A DNA stretch of 13,882 bases, taken from contig NW_021825966.1 of NCBI RefSeq assembly GCF_006345805.1, forward strand, positions 1-13,882, read 5' to 3'. This DNA is from Octopus sinensis. Lineage: Eukaryota. The position numbers and the translations under genes are program-made. Position 1 is the stretch's first letter, and each line of letters begins with the position of its first letter. Shown here in pieces: positions 1 through 8,486 of this stretch. The notes beneath the pieces are model-generated. The model was not told the origin of the DNA, searched no databases, and saw only the letters and a program-made list of their open reading frames with translations.

Positions 1-244
1 TTGTACGTATGCACATGTGTGTGTGTCAAGTATAAATTTATCTGAGAGTTCTTCTGTCTCTGCTTTTCTATGCCTGTATGCAAATGAGTTTGGCTAAAAT
101 ATTGCTAAACTTGTCAGTCACGATGACCTGAGCGCGTGATTGCCGTGTTCGTTGAATCTGCTGCAGTCACGTGATTGACAACGGAATCGGTGGAGCATTG
201 GACAAAAGCGTTCTATTGAGTTAAACATTTTTTTTATATGCATA

Positions 245-646
245 TCTTTATATATAAAAGCGAAGTTGTGTGAGTGTCTGTCCCCTTCGATTTAGATTCC
301 TAACTACTCCCACATTTTGCGGTGCAGTTTTACCAAATTCGGGTATCTTATAGTCGTGATTCATATCGAGCCCTTCTGAGAATTAGCGCGCGTCCACGAT
401 GAGTCTACGATTTAAAAAAAAAATTACCATCATTTTTTCCATTTTAATGCATTTTTTCGCAATTATATAAAGGAAGTAACTCTCTAAAAATGTCTACGAT
501 GAGTCAACGATTTTAAAAAAAATTTACCATCATTTTTTTTTCCATTTTTAATGCATTTTTTTGCTATTTTTTTGCTATAACTCTCTAAAAATGCTTATAT
601 AGTTATTTCCCTTACAAACCCGAGCAACGCCGGGCGATACTGCTAG
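245..646 (+). mobile_element. Non-autonomous Helitron
   Basis: Starts A|TC (TCTTTATATATAAAAG at 245) and ends CTAG|T (643-646). A GC-rich hairpin CCCGAGCAACGCCGGG (619-634) lies 8 nt before the CTAG. There is no TSD and the element sits in an A|T site, which are canonical Helitron termini. Internal ~100-bp tandem duplication at ~392-594. Confidence 0.85.
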
Positions 647-699
647 TATGTATATATATCTAAATGCATGTCTTCGGTATGTCTTTAAACAGCATCCTA

Positions 700-1082
700 T
701 ATTAGGGGCCTGGTTTGGGTTTTCTAGCGTTTTGAGGAGTGTGGGGCCACTTCGTAGTCACTATTGTTCCTAAGTCTACTCTGACCCGGACATTTATCCC
801 TGCCAAGGTCATAGCTATGGATTAATAGAGGGGCTTCGGAACAGGGGTTCCAGGGTGTTGAAGTATGTGGAACCACTTCATAATTACTACTTTTCCTAGG
901 TCTACACTAACTTGGAGTGGTAGCTCCTGTCAGGGTCGTAGAAATGGGTTAATAGAAGGGCCCTAGAACAGGAGGTCAACGAGTTTGAAGGTTGTGGAAC
1001 CACCTCATAACTACTTGTGTTCTTAGGTCTAGTATGACTCGGAGTAGGTGCGCTTGTCTGGATCCCAGATATGGGTTAAATA
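700..1082. repeat. Degenerate tandem repeat, three units of ~126-127 bp
   Basis: The block TGTGG..CCACYTCRTA...CYTARGTCTA...GACYYGGA...ATGGRTTAA recurs with TGTGG at 740, 866 and 993. Confidence 0.75.
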
Positions 1083-1199
1083 CCAGGTAACCATCCAAGG
1101 CAGCTTGGTTACATGCTATTTAAGTCATGAATTACAACATGGATGTGAACCATTTCGGAAAATTAAGCTTAAAGGATAATGGCGAATTGAAAGGCTGAG

Positions 1200-1417
1200 T
1201 GAAGGAACAGACTACAAAGAGTCAACGGTCAGCTTCAAATAGGTCAGTTTGCGAACTACCATCTATAGTTGTGGTGACCGCTGGTATTTCAACAAGCGAA
1301 AGACCAATGGGCTTAAAACTCAATCCAAACGTTCATACCACATCGATTGAGCAGGACATTTGGCATAGAAGAGTCACATTGGACTGGGTAAATCGCTTGA
1401 TCGGATGAGGATGATGA
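1200..1417 (+). mobile_element. Possible eroded 3' end of an RTE-clade LINE
   Basis: The ORF tail ...SIEQDIWHRRVTLDWVNRLIG* resembles RTE C-termini (DRxxWRxxV) and is immediately followed by a TGAGGATGATGA short-repeat tail. The match is weak and degenerate. Confidence 0.3.
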
Positions 1418-1420
1418 CGG

Positions 1421-1421
<1 letters not shown>

Positions 1422-1472
<51 letters not shown>

Positions 1473-1652
1473 TATCATCATCATTATCACCATTATTATC
1501 ATCATTATTATCATCATTATTATCATCATTATCATCATTATTATCATCATTATTATCATCATTATTATCATCATTATTATCATCATTATTATCATCATTA
1601 TTATCATCATTATTATCATTATTATCATCATTATTATCATCATCATCATCAT
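1422..1652. repeat. (ATC)n/(ATT)n trinucleotide microsatellite
   Basis: Direct reading. It produces the poly-I and poly-M ORFs. Confidence 0.98.
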
Positions 1653-1848
1653 TTATTTTTTATCTCAGGTTTTGTTGTAACACCTGGAGTCTTACCTGCG
1701 TAGCGGGCTTACTACGTGCAGCCTACGGTACCATGTTATCCATTTTTTGCGATTATCTAATACTTTCTTGATTATTCTGGACGCACCAAAGAGGAAAACC
1801 TTTTGTATCACTTCTACCGGGCACTCTATTCCGATTTCCTTTATATAT
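1652..1848 (-). mobile_element. 3' fragment of an R4/Dong-clade non-LTR retrotransposon
   Basis: The minus strand from 1847 translates to YIKEIGIECPVEVIQKVFLFGASRIIKKVLDN, matching the R4/Dong C-terminal pattern (LGI...QKxxLLGTARIxRKVL). A ~100-nt 3' region ending GATAAAAAATAAA runs into (TGA/TAA)n. Confidence 0.7.
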
Positions 1849-1875
1849 GATGATGATGATGATGATGATGATGAT
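1848..1875. repeat. (TGA)n microsatellite
   Basis: Direct reading. Confidence 0.95.
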
Positions 1876-2013
1876 ATCCAGTTACTGACTTCTTAATGCT
1901 GCATTCTCTCAATAGTGAGGATACGAAACGCACCAATCAATGGCTAAGGCTGATCTAACTGATGATGGTCTATATGTGTCGAAACTGAGTGACCATAGCT
2001 CAGTAAGCTTTGC

Positions 2014-2141
2014 TTAACAGGAGCTGAAGTGTTCCTCTTGGTCGTAGCAGTTAAAGCGATGGGTATCTGACGTAATAAAGTAGGGTTCCCCAGGCACAAA
2101 GCCGCACCCCAGTACCGTGTGCTGGATCATTTGGTCCCGGA
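2014..2141 (-). CDS. Candidate terminal coding exon of an unidentified host gene
   Basis: Non-repetitive, relatively GC-rich island preceded on the minus strand by a good acceptor TGTTATTCTTTCTGTGCAG|. The phase-1 frame reads RDQMIQHTVLGCGFVPGEPYFITSDTHRFNCYDQEEHFSSC*. I do not recognise the protein. Confidence 0.3.
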
Positions 2142-2270
2142 CTGCACAGAAAGAATAACATTTCAAAACTTTGTCTATTCTGTTGGTTTTCGCAGTCTTC
2201 AAGATGATTTGCATTATATATGTATTCTATATGTAATGAATATGCATTATATATGTAATAATGAAAAGGT

Positions 2271-2515
2271 GGAGATGTATGGCTTAGTGGTTTGGAGTAT
2301 TACACTCATGTTCGTAAGATTGTAGGTTCGATTCGGTGACCGAGCGATGACGTGTGTCCTTGAGCAAAGCATTTTATTTCCCGTTACTTCACACAACTCA
2401 GATAGCAAAATGTGAATTCCTCCGACGGATCGACGTTACATCCAAGGGGGAGTATTTACTCCACAGAACCCAGTGAGGAAACTGACCTTATAAGCCTATG
2501 GCTCGGATAAGGAAA
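2271..2515 (+). mobile_element. Old tRNA-derived SINE
   Basis: A box TGGCTTAGTGG (2280-2290) and B box GGTTCGATTC, followed by a CORE-like TGTGTCCTTGAGCAAAGCA block. Heavily diverged. Confidence 0.7.
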
Positions 2516-2623
2516 TGACCTTTCTTTTGAATAATTAAATTATACTGTGTGACACGACTTTTGTCCTTGGGTAGCAACAGTTATTTCCTATTTGCTGACT
2601 CCTAGAAAGTATTAAAAACAGCT

Positions 2624-2741
2624 GATAGATAGATAGATAGACAGATAGATAGATATATAGACAGACAGACAGATAGACAGGCAAATAGATGGGTAAACAG
2701 AAATATATAGATAAACAGATATAGACAGATAGATAGATATT

Positions 2742-2801
<60 letters not shown>

Positions 2802-2823
2802 CAGACAGATAGGTAGGTAGATA
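2624..2823. repeat. (GATA)n/(GACA)n microsatellite, 3' flank of LINE copy A
   Basis: Direct reading. Confidence 0.97.
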
Positions 2824-3372
2824 AGTTTCTTTATTGGCCACACAGGCCTGCACACAGATGGGACAAGTTACAAGGTAGAGCTTTTCTTTTGGGGGATGAA
2901 AAAAACAAAAAACACAAGAAAAAAAAAGGGGTGGCGTAGGTTTTCGATCAAGAGGGATCGTAAAAGGGAAGAAAAGAAAAAAAAGAAAATAAAAATAAAA
3001 AGAATAAAAAGAAAAAAAAGAAAAGGAAAAAGAACACACAAAAGGAAAGAAATGAAAAAAGAAGAAAGAAGGGGGAAAAAAAAGGGGAAGAGGAAAAAAA
3101 GAACGATCAATAGGGATCGTGTATCGAGAGTGTTATGATATATGGTTGTAAAGGGGAAAGCAAGTAAGGTTATCCGTGGGAGAAAAGCCTACGAAAAAGA
3201 CCACGGTAACCTTGGTCAATATTGTTATATGTTACCACATTTGTGCAAGTGGGTAACCCTCTGTTTTCAAATTTCTGGGTTCATGGATTATGCTCAAGGT
3301 GGCTTCGTCATTCATACGTGCCATCCTTGCTACATTCACCCATCTTTTTTTAAAACATTCGCTAGACAAGAC
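2824..3372 (-). mobile_element. Tx1/L1-type LINE copy A, 5'-truncated (ORF2 end plus 3' UTR)
   Basis: The reverse complement aligns with ~11282-11738 and encodes [28 protein letters not shown]. It ends AATAAAGAAACT followed by (TATC)n. The UTR differs from copies B and C, indicating a separate subfamily or an older copy. Confidence 0.9.
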
Positions 3373-3459
3373 AGATAGATAGATATTTAGATAGATAGAT
3401 AGATAGATATTTAGATAGATAGATAGATTGACAGACATATAGATAGATAGATAGATGGG

Positions 3460-3535
<76 letters not shown>

Positions 3536-3610
3536 CAGACAAACAGATAATACATAGACAAACAGATAGACAAATATATAGACAGAAAGACAGACACAGA
3601 CAGACAGAGA
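3373..3610. repeat. (GATA)n/(GACA)n microsatellite, 5' flank of LINE copy A
   Basis: Direct reading. Confidence 0.97.
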
Positions 3611-3970
3611 CACTTAGAGTGTACAGGTATATGTACTTGTAGGCGTTGTTCATCTTTCTGTGATTTTATTCAAGATCTGCTCATAATACCGACGTTAGAA
3701 GGTGGCGATGGCGGAAAGGGTGTAGTAATGGAGGTGGAGGTGGTGTTGATAATGTGTTGGTGGCGGTGTACGTGTGTGGCGAATGAGGGGGGCAATGGTG
3801 TCGGCGAGGAATGAACAGAGATGTAAAGTAGAATGTAATAATATGACAGGTGAAATTTGGTGGAATCGTTGGCGTGAAGATTTTGATAAAAATCAACGGC
3901 AACAGATATTCGTAGCTTGTTGGAGCTGTCACTGATGGAAGTAAACCGTTGATAACAGTTTACGTACACA

Positions 3971-4013
<43 letters not shown>

Positions 4014-4018
<5 letters not shown>

Positions 4019-4325
4019 CCGTGATCACCGTGACCGACCAGGCTATCAGATGTTGCTACACATCGCTGGTCACAATGCGCTTCGCATTGTTTTAGCCTTC
4101 AAATGACGCCACCCCGCTGGCTAAGCGAGTAGGCCAACAGAAGAAAGAGTGAGAGAAATTTGTTTCGAAAGAGTACAGGAAGGATCGCCACCACCCCCTA
4201 CTGGAGCTTCGTGGAGCTTTAGGTGTTTTCGCTCAATAAACACACACAATGCCCGGTCTGGGAATCGAAACCGCGATCCTACAACCGCGAGTCCGCTGCC
4301 CTAACCACTGGACCATTGCGCCTCC
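4014..4325 (-). mobile_element. Full-length tRNA-derived SINE
   Basis: The minus strand starts GGAGGCGCAATGGTCCAGTGGTTAGG (A box) and contains GGTTTCGATTCCC (B box). It ends in a short repeated tail (CACGGTGAT)2 and lies between (TA)n and (CA/TA)n tracts. Confidence 0.85.
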
Positions 4326-4380
4326 ACACACACATATATATATATATATACAAACACACCATATATATATATATACACAT

Positions 4381-4422
<42 letters not shown>

Positions 4423-4713
4423 TATATATATACACACACACACACAAACGTACGTATGTACATATATGAGAGCGTTGTAGTTCGCATGAAGCTTGTAATA
4501 GCAAAACGCTAAAAAGAGAGCAAATAGAAAGCTTGCTAAAATATGGCAAGTTTAATAAAACCCTTATATATCAGGTGCAAACTCCCATCTTCAGGGGAAA
4601 ATTCCATAAGAAACGTACGATCTATCAACCCTCATAGCTGAAATATAAAAACTTTATTAAACTTAACGCTTTGTAACACGCTTTCTAGTTTTTTTCTCAT
4701 TTTCACCTTCTTC

Positions 4714-4757
<44 letters not shown>

Positions 4758-4795
4758 TGTAGCTGGATAGATACACACACACACACACGAATCTG

Positions 4796-4880
4796 TTTTG
4801 TCTTTTACGTAAGTCATTAGACTGCGGCCATGCTGGGACATCACCTTGAAGGATTTTAGTCAAACGAAATCATACCAGTC
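4796..4880 (-). mobile_element. 3' fragment of the SINE family seen at 11847-12274
   Basis: AGTCATTAGACTGCGGCCATGCTGG matches AGTCATTTGACTGCGGCCATGCTGG at ~11877-11901. Confidence 0.75.
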
Positions 4881-4962
4881 CCCGTTTAAAATTTATTATT
4901 ATCATTATTATTATTAGTATTGTTGTTGTTGCTTTTATTCGTGTTGTTGCTGTTGTCGTTAA

Positions 4963-5140
4963 GGCGGTGAGCTTGCAGAATCGTTAGAACGCTAAACGAA
5001 ATGCTTAGCGATATTCCACCCGTCGCTACGTTCTGAGTTCAAATTCCGCGAGGTCGACTTTGCCTTTCGTCCTTTCGGGGTCAACAAATTCAGCACCAGT
5101 TGTATACTTGGGTCGATGTAATCGACTCACCCCTCAAAAG
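4963..5140 (+). mobile_element. tRNA-derived SINE with uninterrupted head, same family as 8450-9251
   Basis: GGCGGTGAGCTTGCAGAATCGTTAG...GAAATGCTTAGCGATATTCC...GAGTTCAAATTCC (B box)...GCCTTTCGTCCTTTCGGGGTC. It shows the empty insertion site TTAGC|GATATT. Confidence 0.88.
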
Positions 5141-5149
5141 AAAACGACT

Positions 5150-5313
5150 CCCCCCCCCTCTGTCTTTCCTTCTCTGGATCTTCCTTCTCCTATGTTTCCG
5201 ACGAAGAGCTCCGCTCGAAACGTGAAACACTCCTTCTTTCCTGAGCGTCTAATAATACTATATTGTTCCACGTCCTCGCGTTGTTGTGTTTTTTTGTACT
5301 TTCTTGTTTGGAT

Positions 5314-5317
<4 letters not shown>
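5150..5317 (+). mobile_element. Probable Penelope-like element terminus with a hammerhead-like motif (5193-5229)
   Basis: TGTTT-CCGACGA-A-GAGC-TCC-GCTC-GAAACGT-G-AAACA folds as a type I minimal hammerhead with two core deviations. The pyrimidine-rich body ends at a (TA)n tract. Confidence 0.5.
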
Positions 5318-5350
<33 letters not shown>

Positions 5351-5352
<2 letters not shown>

Positions 5353-7570
5353 TGCTGGCCGAAATCTGCCTTTCAGCTTCTGACCAGCGTCGTGTTAACA
5401 TCGTTGTGTTTTCCGTCCGCCGCTATAGGCATCGCCGATAAGGCTCCTTTCCTCGCGCCAGAGAAAAATTTTGTTTGCTTTGTATCAGTCGTAAGACACT
5501 TGTTGTTGTTTTCACCGTTAATGCTTCTGTATTTCATGTTTCTGTATTCCATTATTTTTTTGTTTTTTTATATTCGTCCCTTTTGCTGTCCTGGTGTCCG
5601 TATGCATTCGATCCTTCTTCCAGGAAATCTACGCTCCCAGCTTAGTTTTTCTAATGCTCGTTGCTTAGTTTTTCTTGGAGGGCTGGCCGTGATCTAGTAA
5701 TCTCAAGATTAATCAGCCGAAATTACTACGATGATCCGGTTCTTGACTGAAGACTGAGGGTTCCGAATGTCCTGTCCGTGTTTATTGTATCGTCTTCTAA
5801 GAGTTATACGTTCTTGTCCATGTTGTATTTTTCTACATACCTTAACATATATTCCAGGCGCCACGTACCCTCTTAACATTAATGTGAGCACATATTCTTA
5901 ATAACTGGTACGACTCTTTGTTTGTCTCTCTCTCTCTCTCACTTTTACTTGATCTTCCCCTTCTCTCTCTACTCATCCTCTTTTTCTCTTCTCTTTCCTT
6001 GATTCTTTGGTCTAATCTTCCACTACCCTCCTATTTCTTTGTCTCGCTCTGCACTCACAGGTCAATCTTCGACACCCATCCCTTCTCCTCTCTGATTCCT
6101 TCTTTCTCTCTCTTCTCTCTCTTTGTTGCGTTTGTCCCTCCTCTCTCTCTCTCCTCTCTCTCTCTCCTCTCTCTCTCTCTTCCGTTGCTTCTCTTTCTTT
6201 TCTTTTCTCTCTTTTCTGTCACGTGACTGCTGGCCGAAATCTGCCTTTCAGCTTCTGACCAGCGTCGTGTTAACATCGTTATTTTTCGTCCGCCGCTATA
6301 GGCATCGCCGATAAGGCTCCTTTCCTCGCGCCAGAGAAAAAATTTGTTTGCTTGTTATCAGTCGTAAGACACTTGTTGTTGTTTTCACCGTTAATGCTTC
6401 TGTATTTCATGTTTCTGTATTCCATTATTTTTTTGTTTTTTTATATTCGTCCCTTTTGCTGTCCTGGTGTCCGTATGCATTCGATCCTTCTTCCAGGAAA
6501 TCTACGCTCCCAGCTTAGTTTTTCTAATGCTCGTTGCTTAGTTTTTCTTGGAGGGCTGGCCGTGATCTAGTAATCTCAAGATTAATCAGCCGAAATTACT
6601 ACGATGATCCGGTTCTTGACTGAAGACTGAGGGTTTCGAATGTCCTGTCCGTGTTTATTGTATCGTCTTCTAAGAGTTACGTTCTTGTCCATGTATTTTT
6701 CTACATACCTTAACATATATTCCAGGCGCCACGTACCCTCTTAACATTAATGTGAGCACATATTCTTAATAACTGGTACGACTCTTTGTTTGTCTCTCTC
6801 TCTCTCTCACTTTTACTTGATCTATCCCCTTCTCTCTCTACTCATCCTCTTTTTCTCTTTCTTTCCTCTGATTCTTTGGTCTAATCTTCCACTACCCTCC
6901 TATTTCTTTGTCTCGCTCTGCACTCACAGGTCAATCTTCGACACCCATCCCTTCTCCTCTCTGATTCCTTCTTTCTCTCTCTTCTCTCTCTTTGTTGCGT
7001 TTGTCCCTCCTCTCTCTCTCTCCTCTCTCTCTCTCTTCCGTTGCTTCTCTTTCTTTCTTTCTCTCTTCTCTGTCACGTGACTGCTGGCCGAAATCTGCCT
7101 TTCAGCTTCTGACCAGCGTCGTGTTAACATCGTTGTTTTTCGTCCGCCGCTATAGGCATCGCCGATAAGGCTCCTTTCCTCGCGCCAGAGAAAAAATTTT
7201 GTTTGCTTGTTATCAGTCGTAAGACACTTGTTGTTTTCACCGTTAATGCTTCTGTATTTCATGTTTCTGTATTCCATTATTTTTTTGTTTTTTTATATTC
7301 GTCCCTTTTGCTGTCCTGGTGTCCGTATGCATTCGATCCTTCTTCCAGGAAATCTACGCTCCCAGCTTAGTTTTTCTAATGCTCGTTGCTTAGTTTTTCT
7401 TGGAGGGCTGGCCGTGATCTAGTAATCTCAAGATTAATCAGCCGAAATTACTACGATGATCCGGTTCTTGACTGAAGACTGAGGGTTTCGAATGTCCTGT
7501 CCGTGTTTATTGTATCGTCTTCTAAGAGTTATACGTTCTTGTCCATGTTGTATTTTTCTACATACCTTAA
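5351..7570 (+). repeat. Head-to-tail tandem array of a complex ~865-bp unit (~2.6 copies), flanked by (TA)n; possibly Penelope-like terminal repeats
   Basis: ACTGCTGGCCGAAATCTG recurs at 5351, 6226 and 7080 (periods 875 and 854). Copies differ mainly by small indels in homopolymer and (CT)n runs. Internal junctions read CCTTAA-CATATAT-TCCAGG and the array ends CCTTAA-(TA)n. Confidence 0.95.
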
Positions 7571-7592
7571 TATATATATATATATAAGATCT

Positions 7593-7733
7593 GCTTCTTT
7601 CAGTTTCTGTCTAAATCTACTCACAACGTTTTGGTGGATTAGAGTAGGAAACAACTGCCCAAGGTACCACGCAGTGGGAGCGAACACGGGACATCTTGTT
7701 AGGAAGCAAACTCCATACTACACTGCCACGCCT
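7593..7733 (-). mobile_element. Diverged 5' half of the SINE family seen at 11847-12274
   Basis: GCTTCTTTCAGTTTC...CTCACAA...CCACGCAGTGGGA matches ~12125-12272. Confidence 0.8.
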
Positions 7734-7738
7734 ACGGC

Positions 7739-7774
<36 letters not shown>

Positions 7775-7964
7775 TGCATACATTCGTACACACACACACA
7801 TATATATATTATGTATATATATATAAGATGTGAGTACAAAATATGATAAATAAAAATAGACATTAAACCATTTGTAGGCAATTAATACAAAGTGACCCCT
7901 AGAGAATGATTACTGAAGGGGGCTAAATACGCTTTTCATATTAAAAGAATTATGGCTCCCTTAC

Positions 7965-8033
7965 GTCTCATTTGCAGAGATTTCGGGGTCTTGACAGCTC
8001 CGTAGGATATACGTAAAGACGAACTGTACCACA
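7965..8033 (-). CDS. Candidate 69-nt internal exon
   Basis: Minus strand TCAG|TGTGG...ATGAGAC|GTAAGG. The phase 1-1 frame is open (WYSSSLRISYGAVKTPKSLQMR) and compatible with the candidate exon at 2014-2141. The acceptor is weak. Confidence 0.15.
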
Positions 8034-8254
8034 CTGACATAAGCATATACTCTTACACACACACACACATATATATGCTTGGAGGTTTGCATAATTGTGT
8101 GGGCACACGTGCGCGTTTGTGGGCGTGCGCAGGCGTGTGAACATTGTGCATACATGTATGTAGATAGGTAGGTAGATAATGAAAAGCACGTTTCGGCCAC
8201 ACTGCAAATTCACTGGCAATCTGTAAATTTAATAACAGTACTTTCTAGTGTTGA

Positions 8255-8445
8255 CACAATGCCTGAATTTTTTGTGGGGGAGGGGATGGTCGATTACATC
8301 AATACCAGTGCTCAAATGGTGCTTACTTAATCGACCCCCAGAGGATGGAAGGCAAAAGTTGACCTTGACGGAATTTGAACTCAGATCTCAGAACGGAAGG
8401 ACGAACGAAATGCTAAGTGTGTTAACGATTCTGCTCACGCTCCTT
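8255..8445 (-). mobile_element. Diverged tRNA-derived SINE, same family as 4963-5140
   Basis: GGAATTTGAACTCAGA (B box reverse complement), AAGTTGACC, TAATCGACCCC and TAACGATTCTGC all match the family. Confidence 0.8.
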
Positions 8446-8448
8446 CGC

Positions 8449-8449
<1 letters not shown>

Positions 8450-8486
<37 letters not shown>

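Noticed and set aside
1374-1680. Poly-Ile and poly-Met ORFs
   Set aside because: Translations of the (ATC/ATT)n microsatellite.
1959-1992. Hammerhead-like words CTGATGA...GTCGAAACTGAGT
   Set aside because: Stem II pairs poorly and no stem I forms. At best a decayed relic.
2535-3653. YLSI-repeat, Lys-rich and Phe-rich ORFs (also 9444-9782, 10203-10506, 11626-11915)
   Set aside because: They arise from (TATC)n tracts and the T-rich LINE 3' UTR. Only the short LINE ORF2 segment within them is real coding remnant.
3670-3969. Pro/Thr/His-rich minus-strand ORFs
   Set aside because: Driven by degenerate (GGT)n low-complexity sequence with no recognisable motif.
4250-4325. tRNA gene calls for A/B-box sequences here and at 2271, 4963, 9251 and 12274
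   Set aside because: No complete cloverleaf is evident and each continues into a SINE body, so they are SINE heads.
4470-4712. Degenerate Penelope-like motifs (CATGAAGCT...AGCAAAACG; minus-strand CCTGAAGATGG)
   Set aside because: Too eroded. The core and stems are incomplete.
5674-5770. Possible hammerhead in the 865-bp unit (GGCTG...CAGCCGAAA, and CTGAAGA...CGAAT)
   Set aside because: Neither site has both core segments with the required stems.
5392-7422. Thrice-repeated hydrophobic ORF (MLSVVRHLLLFSPLML...) resembling a small membrane-protein family
   Set aside because: By-product of T-rich tandem units. It has non-ATG starts, indels change its N-terminus between copies, and it shows no domain signature.
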